NCBI GenBank assembly: GCA_963827165.1
Contig: CAWGZR010000014.1
Location: 1-41,246 of the forward strand
DNA length: 41,246 bases
Direction: 5' to 3'
Origin: Candidatus Bathyarchaeota archaeon
GTDB lineage: Archaea > Thermoproteota > Bathyarchaeia > Bathyarchaeales > Bathycorpusculaceae
The notes under the pieces are model-generated. The model searched no databases and was not told the origin of the DNA. It worked only from the letters and a program-made list of their open reading frames with translations. Within the stretch, counting starts at the first letter, position 1, and every line of letters begins with the position of its first letter. Made by a program: the position numbers and the translations under genes. Positions 31,522 to 40,251 of the stretch are shown here, in pieces.

Positions 31522-32076
31522 ATGCCTAAAACAAAAGTTGAACTCATCGAAAACTTCTTGGTCGTATGGGATTCAAAAGAAGGCGCCCAACTCTACAAAG
31601 CAGGATACTTCGGCAAACCACTCGGCATCCCAAAACCGAGAATCCCCGAGTTCGACGCACCGCTCATTCTGGATTTGATGGAAGGCCTCTACCTTTTGGA
31701 AAACAAGAAAATAACCATTTACGAGGGATCAGACGAGGAAAGCGTTAGCCTCAAGAAACTGAAACAAAAAGTCAAGCAGCTCTACGACGAGTTTGAGGAG
31801 AAATACGCTGTCTACCGCGACCTTAGAAGCAGCGGCCTAATCGTTACGCCAGGCATCAAATTCGGCTGCGACTTCGCCGTCTACAAGTACGGACCAGGCG
31901 TTGAACACGCGCCCTACATGGTCTCCGTGAAAAAATCAGGCTCAGACATGACTGCCACAGAAATAGTCAAAGCGGGACGGTTAGCCACAACTGTGCGAAA
32001 ACGATTCATTATCGCGGTTCCCGACCTGTCGGCGGAAAAAGTGCAGTACCTGATTTTCAAGTGGTTCAAAGCGTAA
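31522..32076 (+). CDS. endA: tRNA-intron endonuclease catalytic subunit
   Basis: L.L.EGLYL, Y.VY.DLR..G....PG.KFG.DF.VY..GPG.EHAPY, GRLA..VRK (Tyr/His/Lys triad present). Confidence 0.92.
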   Translation: MPKTKVELIENFLVVWDSKEGAQLYKAGYFGKPLGIPKPRIPEFDAPLILDLMEGLYLLENKKITIYEGSDEESVSLKKLKQKVKQLYDEFEEKYAVYRDLRSSGLIVTPGIKFGCDFAVYKYGPGVEHAPYMVSVKKSGSDMTATEIVKAGRLATTVRKRFIIAVPDLSAEKVQYLIFKWFKA

Positions 32077-32261
32077 ACTTCTGTTAATTTCGCAATTTCA
32101 AGCAGTCGCCTTCCTTATTGCAGGTTTCTGCCTGATTTTTGGAGGTTTGTAATTTTGCCTTTTTGGAACAGCTTGACTTGCTTACTCATAATAGTGAAAC
32201 TGGGATGCGAAAATAGGTTACCTATAAGTACCTAAATGCACGATAAAAGAGAAAAAAGCGA

Positions 32262-33566
32262 TTAATTTGCGATTATCGTTTGGTTTTGGAATTCGCCGCG
32301 TATTGTTTGGTGTGGGTAGATTTTTGAGCTTGTAAGAGTGCAGCCTTCTTCCAATCGTACGTCGTCCGCGATCACTGAGATTGCGCCTATTTTGGTTTGA
32401 CAACGCTGGCTCGAATTGACTACCACGTGTCTTCCGATAATGCTGTCATACACTTCAGCGTGTTCCCCGATGATTACCCTGTCCATGACAGAAGAATTAA
32501 CGACCAACGCATTTTTTCCAATCCGCGTAAAGTTGTCGATGCATGAATCCACTATTCTTGCGCCGTCATCTATCTCGCAGTGACGCCCAATCAAAACTGC
32601 ACCTTCAATGCTGATTTTCTTTTGCTTAATCTTCTGGATGATTTCTTGGCGGCGTTTCTCTGAGTCGCCGCTTTCACCCTGCACCCAGATTGAGCTGCCG
32701 TCTTCCAGCCTACCGCCGAAGTCGCTCAATTCGGGAAACCCGCCGTAAAGCATTTTCTTCATGGCTTCCAAGTAGTTTTTAGGCGTGCCAACGTCAAACC
32801 AGTTGCCCCGCAAAGTGTAACCGTAAACTGGGCGGCCTGTTTGAATGACGTACGGAATGAAATCATAGCCGAAGTCTAGGCGGTTTTTTTCTTTGATTAT
32901 TTGTTGGATGCCTTTTTCACGGAAGATCTTTTTCACTTCAGGCGACAACACATACAATCCGGTGTTTGCCAGGTTGCTGGGTGCTTCTTTAGCTGAAGGT
33001 TTCTCAACGAAGCGGTTTATGCGTCCGTTTTTGTCGATGTCTGCTATTCCTAAGCCTTCAACATTGTCAACTTCACGCAGCACAATGGTCAGGGCTGAAC
33101 ATTTCTCTTTGTGGAAGTCAATGAGGCTTTTTACCTTAATGTCGAAAATGTTGTCCCCTTGCACAGCGAAAACAGGGTTGTTGAGCTCGTAATAATCCAT
33201 ATTTATTCTGGCAGAGTCGGCGCTTCCTAAATCATCGACGTTTGGCTGATATTTTATGTGGATTCGTGGTTTGATGTTGTAGCGTGCGCTGAACCCATAT
33301 CCCGATTCAAAGTAGTCGTAGAGATCGCGGTAGTTTGTGTACCCCTTCACGCCGAAAATGAAGTTGCGCATCCCTTGGTTAGCCAGTGACAAAAGTGAAA
33401 ACTCAACAAGAGGTCGGTTGAGTAGACGCAGGCATGCTTTGCTTGTTTCAGCCGTCAACGGCAACAACCTTGTTGCTTTTCCGCCTACAGGGATAATGAC
33501 TCGGATTTTTTCGGGAGCATAATTGTCCCCAACTAAAGGTGCGTAATTGTCGCCCAAGCAGTTCAC
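32262..33566 (-). CDS. NDP-sugar pyrophosphorylase with C-terminal hexapeptide (left-handed beta-helix) domain
   Basis: GGKATRLLPLT...SK, QGD, FVEKP....APSNLANTG.Y, WFDVGTP..Y, hexapeptide repeats. Confidence 0.9.
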   Translation of the reverse strand: MNCLGDNYAPLVGDNYAPEKIRVIIPVGGKATRLLPLTAETSKACLRLLNRPLVEFSLLSLANQGMRNFIFGVKGYTNYRDLYDYFESGYGFSARYNIKPRIHIKYQPNVDDLGSADSARINMDYYELNNPVFAVQGDNIFDIKVKSLIDFHKEKCSALTIVLREVDNVEGLGIADIDKNGRINRFVEKPSAKEAPSNLANTGLYVLSPEVKKIFREKGIQQIIKEKNRLDFGYDFIPYVIQTGRPVYGYTLRGNWFDVGTPKNYLEAMKKMLYGGFPELSDFGGRLEDGSSIWVQGESGDSEKRRQEIIQKIKQKKISIEGAVLIGRHCEIDDGARIVDSCIDNFTRIGKNALVVNSSVMDRVIIGEHAEVYDSIIGRHVVVNSSQRCQTKIGAISVIADDVRLEEGCTLTSSKIYPHQTIRGEFQNQTIIAN

Positions 33567-33879
33567 CGTAAGCCAATTTAGGCATAAATAAGTCCCGTAA
33601 TCATTTTAATGTTTCCCAACCTATTTTGCCACAAGAAATAGGAAAAAAACCATTCCGCGCAACGTGGAATAAATAAAATTACAGGAATATTGCCCCAAAC
33701 GAGGTGAAAACTCGTTAAATGCAGGTTGCAGATTCAAAAGTTGCAATTTAATCGTCAAAATAGAGACAAATTTAAGAAATTCGCTGAAAAAACGCTCTTT
33801 TTGTTTTCACATATATATGCGCATGTTAAAAACAATTAAAAGCGGCTTCTACTGCATGAACATTCAAGAAGATGGTAAC

Positions 33880-34533
33880 ATGTCTGAAAATTTTTCTAAG
33901 AAATGGGAACACAAAAGAGAAGAAGAATCATTAGGCACAACAATAAAAAACACGATAACTCCACCTCCGCCGCTGAAACCTGCGTTAGACTTAGCCGTTA
34001 GAAAACTAGACATGCAAATCGCCAAGCTTGACCAGGCAAACGATCGCTTCACACAAAAAGACAGAGCCCTATTCGCCAAGCTAGTCGACGCCTACACACA
34101 CCATGACACACCACATGCCAACATCTACGCAACTGAATTGGCTGAAATACGCAAAATGGGAAAAATCATAATGAACGCAAGGCTTGCACTTGACCAAATT
34201 TCGCTACGCATCAAGACCGTTTCGGAACTGGGCGACGTAGTCGCGACGCTTGGGCCATGCATCGGCGTACTTCGCAGTGTCAGCACGGGACTCGGCGGTG
34301 TTTTACCTGAAGCAGAAGGCGAACTCGGCAGCATTGGCGACATGCTAAGCGGGTTAATGTTTGAAGCTGGAACAAGCAGCGGAATGTCATTGAACTTCGA
34401 CAACGTAAACGAGGACGCGGCAAAAATCCTAAGTGAAGCAGCAACAGTGGCAGAGCAAAGAGTCAGCCAAAACTTCCCAGACCTGCCTCCGGGAATGCCA
34501 ACAGGGCAAACAGCCAACAAAACCCAAACTTAG
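33880..34533 (+). CDS. ESCRT-III / CdvB-family (Snf7) protein
   Basis: D..LF...V.A...D...A.IYA.ELAEIRK, ALDQI.LR..TV.ELGD....L.P, NEDA.KIL.EA...AE......FPDLP. Start at ATG 33880. Confidence 0.85.
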   Translation: MSENFSKKWEHKREEESLGTTIKNTITPPPPLKPALDLAVRKLDMQIAKLDQANDRFTQKDRALFAKLVDAYTHHDTPHANIYATELAEIRKMGKIIMNARLALDQISLRIKTVSELGDVVATLGPCIGVLRSVSTGLGGVLPEAEGELGSIGDMLSGLMFEAGTSSGMSLNFDNVNEDAAKILSEAATVAEQRVSQNFPDLPPGMPTGQTANKTQT

Positions 34534-34545
34534 AAACACCTAAGA

Positions 34546-34592
34546 ACTCTCCCTTCCCCTCTCTATCTTTTTTCTTTTTTTTTGTATTTTGT
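34546..34592 (+). terminator. pyrimidine/oligo-T tract, probable archaeal terminator of the CdvB gene
   Basis: Long C/T-rich stretch with T-runs directly after the stop. Confidence 0.5.
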
Positions 34593-34645
34593 TTCGCAAC
34601 ATTTTTACAGCAAAAGTTATAACCCCAGTTTACGGGTAGGATTTT

Positions 34646-34795
34646 ATGAAGCCGCTAAAACCCGCCAGCAGAACTATTCTTTGTCCAGACTGCTACGAGA
34701 AAATGAAACCAGTGTGCAACAGCCAAAAAATAATAATATATTATGAATGCAAAAAATGCGGCAACCGTATCTTATACAGCACCGCAGGACATTAG
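34646..34795 (+). CDS. 49-aa zinc-ribbon microprotein, not in the ORF track
   Basis: MKPLKPASRTILCPDCYEKMKPVCNSQKIIIYYECKKCGNRILYSTAGH*. TTATAA at 34617-34622, about 24 nt before ATG. Confidence 0.7.
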   Translation: MKPLKPASRTILCPDCYEKMKPVCNSQKIIIYYECKKCGNRILYSTAGH

Positions 34796-34934
34796 AACCC
34801 GAAAAAGCAAGCTACCTTCTTTCTATCCTAAATAATGTATTAATGGGTCTGAGCTAACAACGGAAGCGTGGAATAGAATAAGTTGGTTCTTTTTCTAGAA
34901 TAAGAGTTAAATATTTCGGGGAAGAGAGGGGAGC

Positions 34935-35393
34935 GTGGAAGATGGAGTTAGGTTGCAGGTTAATAACGACTCAGTGCCGGAAGCTTGCGTTGACAGTTAT
35001 GAGTCAAGAGTGAAGGCACAGAAAGCGCTTGTGGAGTCGCTCAAAGTCCAATGGAAGCTATTGTGGGACGAGCGTTTTAATGACAAAATAAGAGCGGAAG
35101 ATGTCTCCCTTAACGATTACACCGCATTGAGCGTCGAAAAAGGAACAGTCATCCATGCAAACAGAGATTTCAAAGCAGTAACTTTCAAAGAAATCCTCAC
35201 GCAACATCTGGTTGAAAACCCGGATCGGTTCGTTCAGCCAGACGCACACCGAGGCGGTTGGAGCAAATTCGTTAAAACAAATATCACCAATGGCAACTCC
35301 CGAAGAAAAGAGCAGAGTTTACCGTGTGCTGATAAGAAGCCTGGGGTTAATCAACCTAAAAAAGGCGGGCGCGGTTGGCTTCACGCCACGTAA
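34935..35393 (+). CDS. hypothetical protein
   Basis: 152-aa ORF with TTAAATA upstream and plausible composition; family not recognised. Confidence 0.7.
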   Translation: MEDGVRLQVNNDSVPEACVDSYESRVKAQKALVESLKVQWKLLWDERFNDKIRAEDVSLNDYTALSVEKGTVIHANRDFKAVTFKEILTQHLVENPDRFVQPDAHRGGWSKFVKTNITNGNSRRKEQSLPCADKKPGVNQPKKGGRGWLHAT

Positions 35394-35509
35394 CTGTGCC
35401 GAAAAAGAGTTTTGTTTTTCAAGTCCTTTGAACAATTTTTTGTGGGTAGAAAGATTTAATTATTGATGGGTTCTGTTGGTTTCATGTTAATGGAGGATTG
35501 AAAATAGAA

Positions 35510-35785
35510 ATGCCTATTTGCCCTCATTGCGGCGCCACGGTCCCCGAAGGAGCTGTTTACTGTGGCAATTGTGGAGCTACGTTGAATTCCCCAGTTGCTT
35601 CATCATCTAGTGCCCAACCTCAAACTTCAGGGTCTTCAACAGGCTGGCCAAATAATCCGGATTTGGTTGGAGGCAACTTGCAGAATCGATATGAAAAAGC
35701 GATGAAGCGAAGCGAACAGCTATCCTACATTACGGTGATTCTTGGAATAGTCATCCTTGTACTAATACTAATACCATATCTTTGA
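35510..35785 (+). CDS. zinc-ribbon protein with C-terminal TM helix
   Basis: CPHCG.......YCGNCG, Ser/Pro linker, hydrophobic tail. Confidence 0.8.
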   Translation: MPICPHCGATVPEGAVYCGNCGATLNSPVASSSSAQPQTSGSSTGWPNNPDLVGGNLQNRYEKAMKRSEQLSYITVILGIVILVLILIPYL

Positions 35786-35827
35786 GAGGAAAAAAAGGCT
35801 AGAAAATGCTTCTCCGAGGTGGAATGC

Positions 35828-35932
35828 TTGGATAACCTTTCAGAACAAGTCGTCAAGAGAATAGAAAAACTTAACACGATTCTTTGGGCGGCAGTCATTA
35901 TAGAAGTAGTTATTATCGTCCTAATCTTGTAG
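35828..35932 (+). CDS. 34-aa single-pass membrane microprotein, not in the ORF track
   Basis: (M)DNLSEQVVKRIEKLNTILWAAVIIEVVIIVLIL* from TTG, preceded by GAGGTGG. Confidence 0.55.
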   Translation: MDNLSEQVVKRIEKLNTILWAAVIIEVVIIVLIL

Positions 35933-35953
35933 GACCAGTTTATTTTTTATTTC

Positions 35954-36328
35954 TTATTTTTGAATGCTGGCCCCAAAGTATTCGCACCAGCTCTTTGGGC
36001 TTTCCCAAACCCTGACTTTCTCCAGCCTGGGTTTCGGGGGTAAGATTTCTTTTAGTTGTTTAAAGTAGTATTTTGCAATGTTTTCGGAGGTTGGATTGTC
36101 TAACTCAGAAATTTCGTTTAGGTATGTGTGGTCGAGTTTGTCAGTTACTGCTTGCAGGGCCGCTTTCAGGATGGCGAAGTCGATCACCATTCCGTTGGGT
36201 TCCGTTTTTTCGGCTAAAACGAAAAGTTCAACTGTCCAAGTGTGTCCGTGAAGCTTTTCGCATTTGCCATTGCTGTCTATAACTTTGTGTGCCGCTGCAA
36301 AAGTTGTTTCCACCCTAAGTCTAAACAT
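35954..36328 (-). CDS. queD: 6-carboxytetrahydropterin synthase / PTPS family
   Basis: FAAAH, KCEKLHGHTW, GMVIDF, LDHTYLN, NPTSENIA, VWESP. Confidence 0.9.
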   Translation of the reverse strand: MFRLRVETTFAAAHKVIDSNGKCEKLHGHTWTVELFVLAEKTEPNGMVIDFAILKAALQAVTDKLDHTYLNEISELDNPTSENIAKYYFKQLKEILPPKPRLEKVRVWESPKSWCEYFGASIQK

Positions 36329-36341
36329 TGCTTTATCCTCG

Positions 36342-37121
36342 CTAAAGGACGCCACTCCATTCTGAGCAGACGTTGTGGTCGTGGATAGATTCAAAACTCA
36401 CGCATTTAACCGTGCAATACCTTTTAGGATACTTCTCTTTTAGCAACTGGACGCATTGTCTTGCCACATCCTCGACGAATTTGGCGTTCTTATGCATGTT
36501 TTCAACCACTTTTTTCTCTTCAGGCCTTTTGAGCAGGGAGAAGGTGGGCGAACTAAAGCTTTGACTGCAAATCCTAAGGACGTCAAGCAAATCTGTGTTT
36601 TCCGTGATGTCAATTTCCACACTTAAAGACCCCCTTTGGTTGTGGGTCAACCCATTGCACATCTCTTTTGAACATGGACATGCCAATGCGCCGTTAACGG
36701 TTATTCCAGCCGTCTTCTTTCCAGTCTTGGTTGAGTATCTTGCGAACATTTGAGCAATTGAGTTTTCTTTTTTGCCGCTTGGCCTAACCCTGTTGAATGG
36801 GAGTTCACCGAAAACTTCTGTTTGACAGTGGAAACCATGCTTCTTAAACGCGGCTTTCGAAATCAGCACAGCCAAATTCTCAATCGAAGCGGCTTCTAAT
36901 GGTATTTCTTCCACAGTCTCGATGAATCGACTCATGTGAACCCCGCGGAGATGAGACGGCAAAGTTATGTAACTATTTATTGTGACAATGATGTTGAAGG
37001 TTCCCTCTGGCCTTTTCAGAGTCACCAATTTGCGAAGACCTTCTACACCAACCTTTTCCAGTTCAATCTCGTTTTCTGGTTTTTGGTTCTGAACGTCAAT
37101 CACCAAATCAATTACCCCCAA
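36342..37121 (-). CDS. GTP cyclohydrolase, FolE2/MptA family
   Basis: DVQ, VGV, RGVHMSRF, ACPCS, HNQRG, LKRPEE, KFVED..R, ESIHDH. MptA versus FolE2 cannot be resolved from motifs alone. Confidence 0.9.
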   Translation of the reverse strand: MGVIDLVIDVQNQKPENEIELEKVGVEGLRKLVTLKRPEGTFNIIVTINSYITLPSHLRGVHMSRFIETVEEIPLEAASIENLAVLISKAAFKKHGFHCQTEVFGELPFNRVRPSGKKENSIAQMFARYSTKTGKKTAGITVNGALACPCSKEMCNGLTHNQRGSLSVEIDITENTDLLDVLRICSQSFSSPTFSLLKRPEEKKVVENMHKNAKFVEDVARQCVQLLKEKYPKRYCTVKCVSFESIHDHNVCSEWSGVL

Positions 37122-37351
37122 TCAATTTCCTAACTGGCATTCCACCCTCGAAATGCCGTGGTTTACTGGATTTAGCTGAGGAGAGAGAAACCCTGTTGCT
37201 TATTATACTTACTTAGTTGATACATTGATTTTCCACGTTTTTTGATGTTCGAAACAGAAAAATACAGCGGTAAACGCCTTGAAAAGTTTGATCAATGTTT
37301 ATTAGTTTCAAATTGCCTAGTCGTTTTTCCAAAAATTTAGCGGTGAATCAA

Positions 37352-38302
37352 TTGCAGAAAGTAAGAATTACGGCTCCAGCCCACCTGCATGCGGGCAACT
37401 TTGACTTAACCGGTGACCTTGGAAGACTATATGGGACTGTTGGTTTCGCAATAGATCTTCCTCTTGAAGTTGGAGTTTCCAAGGCGAAGGGAATTGTGGC
37501 TGAGGACAAGTCAGCGTACAAGTTTGCTAAACGTATGGTTGATAAATTCAGCTTAGAAGGCGCGGAAGTGAAAATCAACAAGGAAATCCCTCGTTTCGTC
37601 GGCGTCGGATTCCACACAACCTTGGCGCTCTCCATCGGCGTTGGGCTGTCAAAACTGTATGATTTGGATTTGACTGTGGAAGATGTTTCTTTGATTATGG
37701 GCCGAGGGACCATAACGGCAATGGGTGTTTACGCTTTCAAGACCGGCGGGTTCATCGTCGAAGGCGGCTTCAAAGTTGATAGCCGAACCAAGATGGTGCC
37801 ACCGCTCATATTCCATGGTGCGGTTCCCAGAAACTGGTTCTTTGTAGTTGCTATCCCCAATGAGTCAAGGCAGAAAATTGCTGAGATGAGAGAAAACGAA
37901 GACGAAATCCTCGGTAACCTCAAAGTCATGCCTAAAGAGTTGTCCGACGAGCTTTCAAGACTTGTCTTAGTCAAACTTTTGCCTGCTTATGTTGAAAAAG
38001 ACCTCAAATCTTTCGGCGAAGCCTTAACCGCTTTCAACTCCAAACTTGGGAAATTCTGGAGAAGCTACCAAGAAGGCACCTACTGCAACCAAGTTGTGGA
38101 AGATGGAATTAAAATCATGCTGCAGAAAAGCTCCCTCGCTTGTCAAACCTCCTGGGGCCCAACGTTCTACTCCATCGTCGAAGGCAAACGGGCTGCAGAG
38201 AATCTGTCCAAGGAGCTAAAAGAGTTCTTAGAGAACAACGGCGGCGGGGAAATCTACGTTACCCATGCGAACAATCATGGGGCATCCGTTCTGAAGGCTT
38301 AA
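37352..38302 (+). CDS. beta-ribofuranosylaminobenzene 5'-phosphate synthase family protein (divergent paralog)
   Basis: AHLH.G..DL.G.LGR.YG.VG, GGFIVEGG, QTSWGPT.Y, ANNHGA. The GHMP loop is atypical (RFVGVGFHTTL). Start likely TTG 37352 after GGTGA. Confidence 0.8.
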   Translation: MQKVRITAPAHLHAGNFDLTGDLGRLYGTVGFAIDLPLEVGVSKAKGIVAEDKSAYKFAKRMVDKFSLEGAEVKINKEIPRFVGVGFHTTLALSIGVGLSKLYDLDLTVEDVSLIMGRGTITAMGVYAFKTGGFIVEGGFKVDSRTKMVPPLIFHGAVPRNWFFVVAIPNESRQKIAEMRENEDEILGNLKVMPKELSDELSRLVLVKLLPAYVEKDLKSFGEALTAFNSKLGKFWRSYQEGTYCNQVVEDGIKIMLQKSSLACQTSWGPTFYSIVEGKRAAENLSKELKEFLENNGGGEIYVTHANNHGASVLKA

Positions 38303-38304
38303 TC

Positions 38305-39456
38305 ATGGTTAAGGCTGTCGGGATAGACTCTGGAACAAAAACAATGGATATCTACGGCTTCGATGACCAAGACGGCAGCGTTCTGATTGATTTTGCGCTA
38401 TCCCGGGAAGAAGTAACCAAAAATCCCAGTCTCGTCATCGATAAACTCTTAGAAACTCAGCGGGTATGCGGAAGAATCGATGCGATTGCTGGGCCAGCAG
38501 GCTATGGGTTGCCGCTTCAAAAAGCCAGAGACACAAAACTGGAAGACATAGCGTTAGCGACTTTTGTTACTCAAGCTGATGTGGAACGCAAAATCAAAAT
38601 CGTGGGCTTAAGGCAACTCATGCGGCTCATGAAGGACACGCCCGAATTGAACATCTGGTTTACGCCCTCGGTGATTCAGTTGCCAACGGTTCCTGAATAC
38701 CGAAAAGCCAACAGGATCGACATGGGCACCAACGACAAGGTTCCAACCGCCATTCTAGCCGTAAAAAACCAAGCACAAAGACTCAAAATCAACTACGACC
38801 AAACCAACTTTATCGTGGTGGAAATAGGGTTTGCGTACACGTCGGCTATGGCAATAAAAAACGGCCAAATCGTCGATGCCATGGCTGGAACCGCTGGGTT
38901 TCCCTCTTTCTTAGGCATGGGCTTCCTCGACGGAGAACTCGTCTACGGCTTAGCCAACACAATGAAGGATTTTCCAAAGTTGACGCTTTTCGCAGGCGGA
39001 GCGGCGGCAGTGGCGGGTTTCGACACGTCCAAACCAATCCAGGGATTAATTGAAGAGGCAAAAAGCAGCGAGAAAATCAAATCTGGCTTGGACTTGATGC
39101 TGGAATCTGTGGTTAAAGATGTGGCGTCGCTTTTGCCATCCGTCAAACCGGCTGAGGTAATTCTCAGCGGAAGATTTTCAAAGATCCCAGCGTTCTACGC
39201 GATGGTTAAAGAAAGGCTTGAGGGTTTCTTTGGCGAGATCGGATCAAAAATTGATGTGGTCAAACTCGAAGGCAACGCGGCGGTCGCTAAGGGCGCGGCT
39301 GAAGGAGCTGCATTATTCGCTAACGGCATCGCACATGGGAAATACGGGCCGATTGTTGAAGTCATGAAGCTTAGGGAAAGCAAAGGCGGCATATTCGACC
39401 ACCTGTATCTGGACGAAAAAACCAAGAAAGCATTGGATGCTTTCAAAAAATACTAG
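38305..39456 (+). CDS. DUF1464-like ASKHA (butyrate-kinase-like) protein
   Basis: GIDSGTKT.D, GPAGYGLP, P.VIQLPTVP.YRK.NRIDMGT.DK, GQIVD...GT, ILSGR, AAEGAA..ANG..G. Confidence 0.8.
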   Translation: MVKAVGIDSGTKTMDIYGFDDQDGSVLIDFALSREEVTKNPSLVIDKLLETQRVCGRIDAIAGPAGYGLPLQKARDTKLEDIALATFVTQADVERKIKIVGLRQLMRLMKDTPELNIWFTPSVIQLPTVPEYRKANRIDMGTNDKVPTAILAVKNQAQRLKINYDQTNFIVVEIGFAYTSAMAIKNGQIVDAMAGTAGFPSFLGMGFLDGELVYGLANTMKDFPKLTLFAGGAAAVAGFDTSKPIQGLIEEAKSSEKIKSGLDLMLESVVKDVASLLPSVKPAEVILSGRFSKIPAFYAMVKERLEGFFGEIGSKIDVVKLEGNAAVAKGAAEGAALFANGIAHGKYGPIVEVMKLRESKGGIFDHLYLDEKTKKALDAFKKY

Positions 39457-39465
39457 CGGGCCAGT

Positions 39466-40233
39466 CTAAACCAGCGACTTTAGCTCTTGCGGCTTGATGT
39501 CGCTGAAACCCCTAACGTCTTCTCCCTTCCCCGTCACGTTATAGAGACCGATGTCTCTGGTCTTTTGTGCCAGCCATTCGAGCAGTTCTTTGCTTATTTT
39601 CATCTTCCCCCGTTTTACAGCGAGAGACTTCACTTTGCGTTTAGAGTATTTGCCCACAGTCAACCCATAGTCCATCCCGGCCAACACAATCAACTTGGCG
39701 CCCATTGTGGCTGCAAGAAAAACCGCTCTGTCTCCATCTGTGAACCCCAAAAAATTGTAAACGTTTGGGCGCGGATCCACCTGTGTGCTTCCAACTGCAC
39801 GGGGGAATTCGGGAACGAACTGATTTAGCTGTTTTATGTTATCGCCGTGCGCATGGATAACTATGGTTGCGCCTTGCTTCTCTGCTGAGACGATGTCGCT
39901 GACTACTCCGTCTAAGTCAGTTACAACCACGTCTGTAACGACTCCAACCTTAAGTAGCGCGGTCGTTGCCCCGTCAGCCACAACCGTCACAAACTTTCGC
40001 AGGACACCCGCATCCATAATCTGCTTGAGGTTTTCTTCCAGCGACGGACCCGCGCCGAACACCAAAACTGGGCGGTTTAAAACGCGTCCTCTTATCGCTG
40101 AAGGATCCAGAGCCTTTCCAGCTAAAAGCTTGCTCAGTATGTCAGCCGCGTACTGGTCTTTCGCTTGGTCATAACCGAATGTCCCGATTATTCTTCGGTA
40201 CCACATCCACCAATCATCCAACCCAAAAGCCAT
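39466..40233 (-). CDS. mptE: 6-hydroxymethyl-7,8-dihydropterin pyrophosphokinase, archaeal type
   Basis: GAGPSL, ADGAT, VVTDLDG, HAHGDN, GFTDGDRA, GMD. Confidence 0.9.
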   Translation of the reverse strand: MAFGLDDWWMWYRRIIGTFGYDQAKDQYAADILSKLLAGKALDPSAIRGRVLNRPVLVFGAGPSLEENLKQIMDAGVLRKFVTVVADGATTALLKVGVVTDVVVTDLDGVVSDIVSAEKQGATIVIHAHGDNIKQLNQFVPEFPRAVGSTQVDPRPNVYNFLGFTDGDRAVFLAATMGAKLIVLAGMDYGLTVGKYSKRKVKSLAVKRGKMKISKELLEWLAQKTRDIGLYNVTGKGEDVRGFSDIKPQELKSLV

Positions 40234-40251
40234 CCACTCGTCGCCTCTTTC

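Noticed and set aside
33715-33735. Further copy of the dispersed element (TGCAGGTTGC)
   Set aside because: Only ~10 nt match; the diagnostic 25-nt A/C-rich core and the 10-bp array are absent.
37136-37157. Riboswitch upstream of the GTP cyclohydrolase
   Set aside because: Only a 6-bp hairpin (GGCATT/AATGCC); no recognisable preQ1, THF or ZTP consensus.
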